A stretch of 64,000 nt of DNA from Geosiphon pyriformis uo1 (taxonomy: Eukaryota; Fungi; Glomeromycota), in the NCBI GenBank assembly GCA_016748015.1, contig JAAOMT010000699.1, positions 186,001 through 250,000 on the forward strand. The letters run 5' to 3'. Within the stretch, counting starts at the first letter, position 1; the number at the start of each line of letters is the position of its first letter. The position numbers were made by a program, and so were the translations under genes. Under the pieces are notes generated by a model, which worked only from the letters and a program-made list of their open reading frames with translations, made no database searches and was not told where the DNA came from. This document shows, piece by piece, positions 1 to 12,977 of this stretch.

Positions 1-1079
1 TATAAGTCTGGGCAATTCAAAAAAGTTATATTTAATAATATGCAAAATGTAATTGTAAAAAAATAAGTTTTCATTTTAAAAAATTTGTTAAACTTTTTTT
101 TGAAATTAGTTTCAAATTCATAAATAATTACAATTTAAACTATTTTTATTAAACCAAATAATATCAAAATTGCTTTAAAATGGTAAAAAACCCGAAAAAA
201 TTAACTGATAAATAAAAAAAAAAAAAAAAAATAGGTAGTTAAAAATATTTTAAAATTTAAAAAATTGAGACTATACTGTAATATTTATTAAAATAATGTA
301 ATTACGTATTTGAAGGGAACATTTTTAATTAATCCATTGAACTTTTAAATTTATTATTTTAACATTGAATGCTTAAACTAGATCGTTTTTTTTTTGTTTT
401 ATTCTCATTCAATCTGTGTTATCAGCTAGCTGTTAAAATAAAATAAAATTAAGTAAAATGTGAGGATTCTGATCAAAGGGAAATTTTTTAAAACCTTGGC
501 ATTGTATGGTAGAAAATTCTTTTATTTATTACTTAAAATGCATTATTTAAACCTTTAATCCAAATTTTTAAAGTTTATTTCTAATTTCTCTTCAGATTGC
601 ATGAAAGAAATTATTAAATAGTTTTTCAATCTCTCACATGCAACATCAAAAAAATGGTCCAAAATCCTTTGTAAATAAAAACCTCGAATACAAAGAATGA
701 AGTTTTGGAAAACGTTAAAAAGCTATCGATAACTTCTTGCTTTATCTCAAAACTTAGACACATTCAGAATTGAATGTAATCATGAACTATTTGAGAAAGA
801 GGCTTGAGCAAACAATTGTTATATCAAAATCAGGCAAATAGTTTTTTTTTTCTAAATAGTTTCCAAAATCTTTTTTTAGATTACTGCTCCTAGGTACTAA
901 TTTATATGATATTACAAAGTTATTGGCGTGAGGTAAAAATTTAATACTCAAAATTAAGAAATATGAAATATTTCTTCACTTTATAATTTTTTGAAAACCT
1001 CATCTCATTAATGTTAAATCTCTAGAATCTTGCAAAAATTTAAGCTTATATGACTTGAACAACATTCAAATGATCAATT

Positions 1080-2557
1080 TTAATTATTAATTTTTACATT
1101 TAAATATGATTCCATGGGAGGGCAATCAGCCATTGTATAGCTAAAATATGGTCCAAGATGTGCTTGATGAGCTGATTCTAAATCACTTGAATCAACAGCT
1201 GCATTGCAAAACTAAAATTAAAATTCAGCGTTTTAGAATTTTCTAAAAATGATTAATCTAGAATTACTCATTACTTTGAGTTCCATCTACATACCGGTGA
1301 CTCCATTCGCATTCCACTTATTTTATTAATTGGAACAGGGCACTTATACAATGGCGTATTCAAACTAGTTTTTTTCGAAGGTGATTTACAATCACAATCA
1401 ATCGGGCCAAGCCAATATTCTCGTGTATGGTGAAGGTATGGGTTTTCTGGTGTGGGATTCGGAAACTTGGGTACCCAATCATTATAATTTGTCACACGAT
1501 ATATACGACCTTTTAATTTTTGATGGACATAGTTGGCAAATTGTTCATTGCCAATACGTGGTTGACCGAATGTGAAGACAGTAAATTTAGATTTATAGCC
1601 ATCTTCTGAATTTATATCTAGAAAATTGAGGACTGCTAAAATTGCATAGACTAAAAAAAAATTTAGAAACTAATTAGAATTATTAACTTGAAACATTTTA
1701 ACTTTCAAAATTACTACTCACCACCACCAATTCCATGGCCAAAAAGAAAATATTGAAATTTCGAAGATGCTAATGTCCTTGTTTTTAGAAATAATTTTTC
1801 TAATTTAGACCATCCTTTTTGAAATTCCGTATAAAATTCGGTATCAACCATTGCATCTTTTACATTCCGATAAGATGTCATGGTACGTTGTTTTTTTAGA
1901 ACACTGAGGTCTAATTCTTTTCCTCTGAATTGAATTTTAGTGTATTTCTTTTCTTTCGTCGAGTAAATGTTTACTATTTGTGTATACGTATATAAATAAT
2001 TGAGAGAAAAAGGCATTTAACGGATAAATAAAAAAAATTTTTATCAAATACAAATTTAAAATTAAATATCATTTATAAAGAATATTTAAATCAAATTTTG
2101 ACAAAAAAATAAATAAATTACCATAAAACTGATTGGTGAGAACTTTTATTTTCGAATATGTTGGATTTTGGCATGAAGCAAATTTTGTGGTCATCTCAGC
2201 ATCGATAATAAGGTCTTTCTTCGGATCCCTATTCGGTATTAAAATTTTATTCGGTTTGGAAGAATCTTGGATTTCTCGTTTCTGATGATTAATTGCTTTT
2301 TCAACTGTGTTTGAAATATTTAATAGTAAAGAATTGTCCATAATTCGGGTTTCATACTTAATTCTAGTAGAGATATTTTGCTGGCTTGATGATTTATTTA
2401 GCAGAAAATTTGGAAAAGCGTCATTTGTCAAGATATTTTCAGCGTAGCTTATTCCGACATCTGAAATCCACAAGTACATGGATGAAATAATTATCTCTTG
2501 ATAACACAATTGTTGCAAATGTACTAACAAAAAAAGACTTTTTAAAAAATTGCCCAT
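1080..2557 (-). CDS. Class-3 lipase-fold protein, copy A (nucleophile Ser replaced by Gly; probable pseudo-lipase), 4 exons
   Basis: Spliced exons 2557-2122, 1973-1722, 1650-1295 and 1211-1080, all GT-AG and in phase. Motifs FRGK, VDTEFY, GHGIGG-VYA, TFGQPRIGN, RVTNYNDWVP, YLHHTREYW, CN...HLGPYF. Hydrophobic N-terminus; KR before the fold. Confidence 0.9.
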
Positions 2558-3057
2558 TAAAATGATAGTTAGATTATCGAAATAATTTATTGTGATCGTT
2601 TTAATTCAATATCAAAATCATTAATATTAAAGATTTATGTTACTACTTTCCCAAATTTTGTTCAAATATGAGGGAAAAAACTTGTCTTTAAAAAGAGTTG
2701 CGACAATCAAATTATCATTTTTCGAACCTAAATATTGACTTGAACATGCTCTTTGCGCAGTTCATATAACGAAAAATAGACCCTGATTGAAAATCTCATT
2801 AGAAACATCTCCTTGAAAAAATAATGGATAGATTGCTTCTCGGAAAAAACTAGTGGAGAATATCTCACAAATCTAGTTTTAAAATAACCCTTTCAATTAT
2901 CTTTGACATTAGCATAATTACAGTACCACCAAATAATATTCTCTAGAATGGAACACTTTTATTGAATGATATAAGTAAAGTTGAAAATATAAGAATCTAA
3001 GCATCTAGAATCTAGTATAAAAATTTTAAACCAAGTACAAGGATATCAATAATATTT

Positions 3058-3759
3058 TTAAATAAAGGTGAAATTATCTGGAGCATTAGCAGGACCATTC
3101 AGATTACCATTATTGCTTCCATTCCCATCACCAGCATTTTCATTTCCAGAAAAACTACCATTTAAACTACCAATATTATCATTTCCACTATCATTTCCAT
3201 TATGTTTTCCCCATTCGCCAGTCACGGGATCATAATTTGCATTTCCATTTCCAGTACCGTTCAATGAACCGTAATTATTATTTCCGTTGTTATGACCACT
3301 ATCACCGGAACTTTTCTGACCATTCAAACTACCGTTAAGTGATCCGAAATTATTATTTCCGTTATTGAATCCGCTGTCTGAAGTTCCCTTTTCACCATTA
3401 CCGGTTCCATTCGAATCACCAATGTTATTGTTTCCATTAGTACTGCCAGCATTATTGCTTCCGTTGCCACTACCGACATTGTAGTTACCATTATTGGTGG
3501 TTCCTTGAGCGTTGTTGACTCCGTTGAAGGATCCGACATTATAACTTCCTCCGTTTCCGTGACCAACATTTGTGTCTCCGGTGTTGTTGTTTCCGACAAC
3601 ATTTTTACCGGTATTATTACAACCGACGTTGCCCTTTGTCGCAACACAGTTTTTGGAAGGGTCCAAGAGACTAGTTGAGTGAGTTGATGGGATTGGTGCG
3701 GCGGTAGAAAGTGCAAGAGTGAGGAGAGCTGCGTAGATGGTGAGCGATTTAATATGCAT
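3058..3759 (-). CDS. Secreted Asn/Gly-rich repeat protein (233 aa, intronless)
   Basis: ATG-to-TAA ORF with clear signal peptide MHIKSLTIYAALLTLALSTAAP, two Cys, then iterated N-x-G-x-x-N-G / NGNNNxGSxNG units. GC-richer than its flanks. Confidence 0.88.
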   Translation of the reverse strand: MHIKSLTIYAALLTLALSTAAPIPSTHSTSLLDPSKNCVATKGNVGCNNTGKNVVGNNNTGDTNVGHGNGGSYNVGSFNGVNNAQGTTNNGNYNVGSGNGSNNAGSTNGNNNIGDSNGTGNGEKGTSDSGFNNGNNNFGSLNGSLNGQKSSGDSGHNNGNNNYGSLNGTGNGNANYDPVTGEWGKHNGNDSGNDNIGSLNGSFSGNENAGDGNGSNNGNLNGPANAPDNFTFI

Positions 3760-4852
3760 TTTTTGTTGAAGTTGAGGTTGAAAATAGCAAGGTTTGAAAA
3801 GGAGTTGATGATGATGAATAAGCTCAACGTGCTAAGCGTTGAAAAAAGAATGTATGTTTTTGTCGAAAAAAAATGATAAAGAGAGGAGGGAGTCGATTAG
3901 GCAAGTATATGTTCAGTTCAAAATCAAATTCCCGGAGGCAAGCAGTTGGTATTTAAACGATTTCTCATTACATGAAATTGGGAAATGCTTAAACGCACCA
4001 ATTAAAAGTCATGAATCTATAGACGTAATAATGCATTCCAAGACCGAAATCGATTAATTTATCTTTGAAATTGATGCATTAAATTTTAAATTTATCATTA
4101 ATGGAATGTTAAAATTAGTAAAGTTGTACCACATGATCGAAATCAGAATTTAATAATTGATTAAAGTTTTGTTACACTTGGGCTCGCCACAACTTCATAA
4201 TGCAGTGAAATATTGGGAAATTGAAATGTTTGATAAAATGCAATAAAGAAATTATTCAATTAACATTTTTTTGTCTTATAATTTATTTTATGAACGAATT
4301 AAATTAAATAGTTCCTTTTGAAGGTTGAATATTAAATCTTTTTAAGATTTTTTGTGTGCTTTGTTTTTTTTGTAAACAATGAAGATCTTATGTTTGAACA
4401 CTCAATAATTTTTCGGAAACTTATTAATTTGATATAGATAGTACTAATTTCCCCCGTAATGCCTATAAAAACTACAGCCAAGAAAAAAAAAGGATGAAAA
4501 AGGTTCCGATGAACTAACTTCTTTCGTGAATGAGGTGAAATTTCGTGGTTGTAAATTCTTTCTTTGGAAAACGTATAACCGATATGTCCTCAAAATTATT
4601 TTTGATCATCATATAGAAAAATCTTTGGAAATAAAATAGGGTTTTAAGATATTTATTATTCAATTTAAATTAATAATTTTTTGATTTATGTTAATGCGTA
4701 GTAAAATGATCATAATAAATGTAATTGTTTCAAAAAAAAAGTTTTAAAATTTTAAAAGATATTATGTTAAAAAAGATTTATTCAAATTTGAAAAAATTGT
4801 ATTTTTCAATATCATTTTTAAAATAAATTAAAGAAAAATATTAAAATTCAAA

Positions 4853-4883
<31 letters not shown>

Positions 4884-4887
4884 AAGA
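4853..4887. repeat. (GAA)n microsatellite followed by (TTA)n
   Basis: Direct run aagaagaagaag... in intergenic DNA. Confidence 0.9.
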
Positions 4888-6153
4888 ATATTATTATTAT
4901 TATTTATTATTATCCTTGTTATTATCCTTGTTATTATTTTAAAATACTATCAAAAATAAGTCAATATTTAAATTTATTTTTATATATATTAAAAATCAAA
5001 GATATAAAACTTGTAAAAAAAGATGTAATTTCAATAAATGAAACCAATTCCAAAGTTCAAGAAACAAAAAATAGAATTTGGCAAAAAACATTCAAATATT
5101 CGTTATTAAATATCTATATAATTAAAAATTTGTATTAAAACAAATATATATATATATATATTTAAAAATATGTAAAGAAAAATAAAAAATAAAAAATTTG
5201 AATAAAAATAAGTAATCAATTTATTTATTAGTTATATCCTGGATAACTGTATTTGAACACATGATTAAAAATTTAAAAATACATTAATTATTATTATTAT
5301 TATTGAGAATGAGCCAAATTCTCAAATAAATTATGTAATAAAATAAAAAGAACTTTGTTTAAATTGGATAATTAATTACATTTCTTATCATCTAGTTTTA
5401 TTTATAATATGTATATCGGGGAGTTTTAGGCTTTGTTTTATTTACCGTACGCCCTTTACCAAAGAATCATATCAATTCACAAAGTAATACTTTTAATTTA
5501 AATAATAATATCTTTTGTGATGGTTTAATAAAGAGATGTAAAAAAAATTTTACATAAAAAAATTTGAGGGTATTTTCTGATATAGGTGGCAATAAGTGTT
5601 TTACAAATTTCATGAAATGTAGTCATAACAAAGTTAATATTTGTTAAACTTAATAAGTATTACCTATTCAATTATTCGTATAGTTATGCTAACTTTTGAA
5701 ATAATTAAATTTGTTGTAACGGATTTCTATTGTCCAAAATAAAATCTTTAATGGCAAATTTTATTAACTTGAATTTTATAATTTCTGACTTTTTGAATTT
5801 GCAAATTCTGTCAATGATTTGGTATCAAAGACATTCTTTCATATTATTTATTATTATTATTATTATTATTTATCATCAATATCATCATCATCATCATCAT
5901 CATCATCATCGGGTATGTTTTTTTAATTCAAAATGTTACCAAGAACGTAAATTGATACTTTTCGAACAATTCTCTATCGCAAGTGATGCACGATATTTGT
6001 TGTTGGTTATATTGATTGGTCACACAAATCAATCTCACTATTTCTAAAACTCAATTTCAGGCAAAAAATCTCACTTTCACTTGAAAGATTTTCTTTCAGA
6101 ATAAAAATTGATTTAAATACTTTCAAGAAATAAAAACTTGATGATAAATAATT

Positions 6154-7600
6154 TTAAAGCAGCTCGGGACAATCACCCATAATCCTTCCAAAGTAAATCG
6201 GTTTATGAGAAATTGCCTCAGATTCCATCTGAATACTATTACTGCAAAGCTGTTAAAAGATAACTCAATATTTTAGATTTATTTTAGCTCAACTTGACAA
6301 AAGAAATTTTACATGAGATTTTCACAGACCTCAGATTCAAGAAGCCTTCCCATGGAACTCTTGGGCGCTGTGCAGGCATATAAATCTTGCTGTGTGGGAT
6401 CTTTTCCTTCATCACAATCGCAAGAAATTGGCCCAAGCCAATACTCATGACCATGATGTAGCCATTGAGATCTGTGACTGGTTATTGGCATTTTTGGGAT
6501 TGGGTCATTATAGTTTGTTACACGGTAAATCTCAAACTTCCCTTCCTCCATTAAAGAATTGACGTGATCTGCAAATTGATAATTTCCTATTCGTGGTTGA
6601 CCATAAGTGAATACTTGAATGTTGTAAAAGTCTGCATATCTTTTTGACCGAAGCTTCCATAAACGTAGAGCGGTGAATAAAGCAAACACTGTGAAAATTT
6701 TTTGAGATGTTCAAATGATTTAATTCAGTTGAAAAAAAAAATGCCAATAACTTACAGCCACCAACTCCATTCCCTACGAGGCGATAATGATAACGACCTA
6801 TTTCCGGACGTCCTGGCCTTTTTCTGGCAATTAATTTGTGCAATGTTTTCCACCCTTCTAAAAATTCACTATAAAATTGTTTATCTACTATCATCCCAGT
6901 ATCTTTGTGATAGGGCATGGTAAGTCGATGATTAATTGCAAACTTTGCAGGAATTAAATTTTGACCCCTAAAATACAATTCATTATACGGATTTTTGTTG
7001 CCAATAGGACTCAAAACTGCAATTATAAAATAAAAAATAAAATTTTTGAACAATTTCTCCCATATCTTTAAGTTTTTAAGATCAATAAAAAAGATTTACC
7101 AAAAAATCGATCTGTAAGTTTTATCGCCTTTTTATCATTTTCATTCAGGCAAGAGGCAATTTCTGCTGATTCTGCGAATTGAATCAATTTCAATTTTATT
7201 GGATCGTCTTGTGGAATTAAGATTTTCGCTGGTTCTGTAACTTTTTGGATTTCACCTCGTTTCAATTTATTAAATTGATGTTCTTTCGCTGTTTTGCTAC
7301 TTAAAATTAATCTGTGTCAAATCAACGAACGAATGAATGAATGTGTTGAAGTGATGAGACATGATCAAAAGAATTCTACTCATTCGATATTGATTTCTCT
7401 TCGTGTACAAACTTCCTGTGGTTTTTTTGAAGTTGAAAATCAAAATCTTTTTCTTGCAGTCTTTTTAGATCATCTTGAAGCGCCGCCGCTCGGCTTAAAA
7501 GCAAATAATCCACAAAGCAAAATTGCAGATACGTCACAATTATAGTAAATAATGAAAAAACTAGAGCTGGACACCGATTTATCCCCAGGTATTTAGCCAT
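6154..7600 (-). CDS. Class-3 lipase-fold protein, copy B (GNGVGG elbow; probable pseudo-lipase), 5 exons
   Basis: Exons 7600-~7380, ~7311-7100, 7016-~6756, ~6688-6330 and 6249-6154. Motifs FRGQ, VDKQFY, GNGVGG-LFA, TYGQPRIGN, RVTNYNDPIP, HHGHEYW, CDC, C-terminal LCSN...HKPIYFG...C. N-terminal hydrophobic segment; KR before the fold. Confidence 0.87.
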
Positions 7601-8270
7601 TTAAACGTTCCAAAATCAGATGCCAACTAATTTTTTGAGCTATTAATTGTTCATAAACTCACCATATTCTTCATCTTTTTGAATCTCTTTTCGAGAGTCT
7701 ACCCATATCCATATATCTTTGATCTCGATATCGATGACCATTTGTTTACCCAGATAGAAAACGAACGAATGAGGGTGACTAACCAAAAAAAAAGCCATAT
7801 ATTTGTTTGGATCGTGAAAAAAATTATTCTAAAGATGTAGTAGATAAAAACTTTGCAACAAAAAAATAAAAGTGACAAAAGCGACGATGATCAATAAAAA
7901 AAACCATAATAGCTTGAAATCGGTCAACTCGATTAGATCTAGCTCAAAGATTGTTAATCCTGTCAAGATGATGCAAAGACTTTAAAACTTTTTACTTTTA
8001 TTACATTCAAAAACATTTATACTGTGTATCAAGTTTTTTGGAAATTTTCAAATATTCTTCTTTTGAGATGTGCTTGATAAATTTCCCGTTATATAGCTTT
8101 TGAATAGAAAAAATTTAAGAAAATTGATCTTTTAGCTTTGATTTAGCATTAATGATTTATAAAAAACTTAGTGTTATTTAAATAATTTTAATTTACATAT
8201 CTTTAATTTTTTACAAGCATAATTTAAAAAATAAAAACATAATTTATTTTAAAGAAACAATCTAAGATAA

Positions 8271-8314
<44 letters not shown>

Positions 8315-8664
8315 GCCTCTGGCATTAATCGCAAAAATATTTAAAGAAACTTAAAAAAAACTTGATTTTTAAAATAAAATTGGGTCTTTGGGTATTTGAT
8401 CTTAACTTTAATTATGATAAATAAAACTTTAAAAAATAAATAAAACTAACACTAGTATATCAATATCAGATTAAAAAATATAACCTAAAATTTCATACTA
8501 TATTAAAAAATTAAATTTTTCATAATAAAAAAAGAAATATTTCTGATGTAAACGATAATAAATTTCATAAAAATCTCATAAATCTCAAATAAAAAAATAA
8601 AACAGCAATTAATAATTGTTTGTGATTAATTAAATACACAAACTTGAAATAATAAATTCAACTA

Positions 8665-9806
8665 CATTATCACTTTCATTAATCCGAAGTTCTACAATCA
8701 GAAGATCAGTAAAAATTGGTCGAAACTTTGGATTAACAAAAAGCTTTTATAATAGTTGGAGGATAATCAAAATTTTTGATAATTTTACTTATCATCATTT
8801 ATTTAAAATAATTTTAAAAAAGAAAATACCCAAATTTTTGTGCATTGAAAAATCATTAGCATTATGGTTTAACCAAGTAAATAAAACAAATTTGTCAATA
8901 TTCTGCTTAGCTTATTGACATTAATAATTTAAAAAAATTTAAAAATGGTTATCTAGTTTCAAAAAGTACTAAAATATGGAAAAGCAAACAGTGTTTCTTG
9001 AAATTATTTACTATAGTTTTGTCAACAACTTCAAGATCTTTATTAAAATAGAGTTTAAATTATACTTATAATTTTAATAAAAAAGATTTTATTCAAATTT
9101 AAAATCATTTCAAGCTATTCTATTGTTGACATAAAAAATTTAAAGACAGAGTAACAGTATTGTAATACAACAGAAATTTTAATAATTATTTCTCTTTCAT
9201 TCATATTTTATACATTTGAAAAAAAAACTTCTTTTACTCATATTATACTTGATTATCTTTCTTTAAATACAAAACTTATTTGCAATTATGTAATGCTAAA
9301 ATTATTTATTCATTCAAAGTAAGTTTTCAATTATTAATTAAGAAAATATAAATATATATTATTTATTTAAATTTAAGCCCCAATAAAAAATTGCTTGTTA
9401 TAAACAGATTTAATATTTATAATAAACCTACAGCAGATAAAACATCCATAATTCCTTTCAACATTATGGATGAAATTAATTTCACTGTAAAAAGTTTAGA
9501 ATTCTGTCAAATCGAATTTAATTTGTACAGGTGAACAAAAATAAGAATTCTCCCATTTTTTGTATTGGTCAACACTCTATAATCTAATGATAATATTATA
9601 AAGGAATCATCAGATTTATCAGCATCTGTTAAAGAAAAAATACCCATTGATCTCACATTATTTTTTAAATAAACTTATAATTTTTATAATATACATTCAA
9701 TAAAAATATTAAAGATAATGATTTTAATAATTACACTGATTATCACGTGATTCTAAACTATGTAAATCGAAGCACCAGCAACTTCGGATTAACAAGAGCG
9801 AACATG
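8665..9806 (+). mobile_element. Decayed, internally deleted pogo/Tigger-like (Tc1/mariner superfamily) DNA transposon
   Basis: Imperfect terminal inverted repeats (cattatcactttcattaatccgaagtt vs reverse complement catgttcgctcttgttaatccgaagtt), with TA on both outer sides (8663-64, 9807-08). Internal remnants KWLSSFKK (CENP-B-type HTH, ~8943) and KKFKDRVTVL (DDE_1, ~9135). Confidence 0.72.
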
Positions 9807-11373
9807 TAGGTGAAAATAGTAGTCGCACTTAGCAACTCTTATTATTAGTTTATTACAAAACTATGGGTTAATATTGTTTTATCATATTGTTTTCAATGTA
9901 ACTGCAAATTATGAATTCAGGGAATATTAAAAGAATTTGAATAAAAAATTCAAGATTCATCTTTTGAATTCTACAATTCTTAAGCCTATTTTTGTGGCTC
10001 TATAAGATGTTACAAATTTTTAGTATTTTTTTAAGATAGACTTTAACATCCTCTTTTTTTTTTAAAAATTCTCAGCCACGACTATTGGTTCTCCTTCGCA
10101 AGTTTAACCAAAAATTCTTCTACTTTTGCTAAAATAGGTGAATTTTTTTATTATAATTTGTATTCAAAATAAATTAATTAATTGAATGATCTAATTGTTA
10201 TAGGACATCGGTTGTTGTCAAATTCGCTTTTGAAAACCATTTACGGTAAAGTCTCGAAAATAAGCAAACCCCATTCTTCAGGTCAAAAAATCTTGGAAAA
10301 GTTGAATAAGTACCTTTAAAAATAATTATTTATCAGATACAAAACAAATTTTATTTTACTGTAAAGCCCCGAAAATGAGTCACCCTCTACGTTATCAATT
10401 TTGGAGAGGGGGTTGCTTAATTGGACTCGTAAAAGTTATGTCAAAGCACTTGCGATATTTTTTCCTGACTCATAAATTTGGCTAGATCCTGTGAGTTTAT
10501 TTTTACAATTATGGATACAACGGATCCTCATTAACATTTAACTTCGGAAAATGGTTGCAGTAAGAATATTGAATAGTTTTGGCAAAGAGTGGCTTTCAAA
10601 ATTTAAGATCTCGAATAAATGACAGTCCGATATCGTTCAACCTTTACGAAACTAATTTCAAGTTTTTCACAATGTCAAGAAGTTAAAATTATTTAATTCT
10701 TTAGAATTTAATATCACTAATCCAAAGAGTTCGATTTGACCCCAAAAATTTCACTAAATCTTTATAATAAATGTCAAGGGAAAAGATTCAAGAAGCAGAT
10801 TTCTTCGAAAATAAACCAACTATTTTAAGTGAAAGCCCATTTTTTTTTTAACTAAATAGCTGTATCTAGATATGCAAAACGAGCAATCGAATATAGAAGA
10901 CGCCAAAAATTGTAGTAATACGTTTCAGTAGCGCAGTAAAAAATTTAGAAAAAATCAATAGAGAATGAAACATTTTAACAATCCTGAAATTCAAAATTAA
11001 AATTATATCGACCTTTTAGGCTAAATCCTATTCTTTATTATTAGCTATTATCCCGAAATCAAGTTATTTTTAGTCCTTGAAATTTTACCTTTCAATTGAT
11101 TAATACTTTTACATAATATTAAAAAATCTTGGTGTAATACATGTACATGCCAAAGGATTACATATTCCATCAGATTAACCAAATTGGTTACCAACACACC
11201 ACATGAAAAATCTTGCCACACGTATATAAATGAAACTAGTAACCAAACCGGAATTCATAACTCCTTTTTTTCAACCTGAAAATACCGTTATAAAAGAAGT
11301 TGAAAGCTTTTTAAAATTGAAAATAAGTTTTCTTTAAATTTTGAGAAATAAATCTTTTAATAATTCCTTTACC

Positions 11374-12589
11374 ATGACTTCAAAAGAGAAACAGGAAAGA
11401 CAATCAACCAGCAGGTAATAATAAGATTATTAAAACATTTTGTTCTTCCAAGTTCAAAAAATTTTAATTTTTTCATTTTTCAAATTCATGTCGAAATAGT
11501 TACCACCTAAACCCTGGCCAACTTCATGAATTGATTTCTCAAATAATTTTATACGCAATTTCTAACTCAAAACGGGAAATTTTCGTCATCGACGACCACT
11601 ATAATCAATCTTCAAAAATGTCAATAATATATCCAAAACATGCTTATCAGACACTCTATTCTTGTCTTATGGTAAATCGACAGTGGTTTTCAATTGCTAG
11701 TCGAATTCTTTGGAGACAACCATTTAATATGCATAGATCGTTACCAAAACATGGTGTACAAATCATTCAAACGTATATCGAAATTGGTTGCCATTACGAC
11801 AAATCCATTCGGAAAAGATTGACAAAGTTGAAGAAAAAGAATGAATCAAGAACTTTGAAAATTCCTAAAAAATCCAAAAGCTCTACACTTTGCTACTATG
11901 CTGGCTTTCTCGAACACCTCGACTTCGGGACAATGTTGAATTTCATATGGGATTGGTGTGGTATTCATCCAAAAGACCTTAACTTCAAAAATAGAGAATT
12001 AGCCTGCGAAGTTACAAATATTCTTTTCGATTCAATTGCATTACAAAATCCAAGAATAAAATATGTGAAAATATTCCCTGGGAAAGTGGATTGCAAAAAG
12101 AGTTATGAATTATTATTCAGGCATGAGAAAGCCAAGGAACTTTTTGAAAATGTCACAATGTTACAAATGCACGGTGGTCTTGGGAGGATGGATGTAAATA
12201 ACTATTGGTATGAATTGGATTGTTGGACGGAGAAATTTTTTGCTGGCCTGGCTGGGACTTTTCATAACTTGGTAAGTTTCTCGAATTTTATATTGGTGAA
12301 GTTTTGTTCGTTTTTGATGTGTGATTAATTAATCTGAAATTTATGTCATTTTATGCAGAGGGATTTTGAAATTTGTGGTTTACACCTTGCATATATTAGC
12401 AATTTGTCAAAACTGACAAATCGCCCATTTCCTTTAATACAAGTTCAGAAAAACCTTCGCTCCATACGAATACATTGTTGTAGTGGTAATTTGAAGTTTT
12501 TACTCCCCTCTAAAGCTACAAAGGAGCAAAACGATACTGCCGGATGGTGTTGTTTGGAACATGTAAAATTTTTTGAGTTTGAGACTTGA
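11374..12589 (+). CDS. F-box-like protein (Glomeromycotina-type), 3 exons
   Basis: Exons 11374-11414, 11500-12271 and 12359-12589, GT-AG and in phase. LNPGQLHELISQII...TLYSCLMVNRQWFSIASRILWRQPF and YAGFLEHLDF are typical of fungal F-box/RNI-like proteins. Confidence 0.75.
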
Positions 12590-12977
12590 AAGAGAAATAA
12601 GGTTCATCTTGAGAATGAAAATTTTTATCAGGATTTAAATCACAAGGATGGGGATACTCTCTGAGATTAAATTTAAAATCTATGAGCTTTAAGATTTCTT
12701 GAGAAGGAAATAAAGATATCTAAATTCTTATTTTTCTCTTGAACGTAGCCAAAAATTTTTTTTACAAGATTAAGTGGTGTTTATAAGTCACTGATTTGTT
12801 ATTTCGAGATGTTTACAGCATCCTCAATTTATATCTAGGTCATATTTCGCTATTTGGTTTTGATTTGAAATAAATTTTAGATTAAATAAATAAAAGGAGA
12901 GTAAATTTTTCCCATTTAAATTAATAAAAAGAGTATTTCCAAACTATTCCTCGATCTCACTTATTTTTAACCTCAAC

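Noticed and set aside
3324-3827. 167-aa overlapping ORF
   Set aside because: Alternative-frame shadow of the Asn/Gly repeat gene, with a non-ATG start.
5730-6047. ORF with poly-Ile and poly-His
   Set aside because: Arises from (ATT)n and (CAT)n microsatellites; TTG start and no coding signature.
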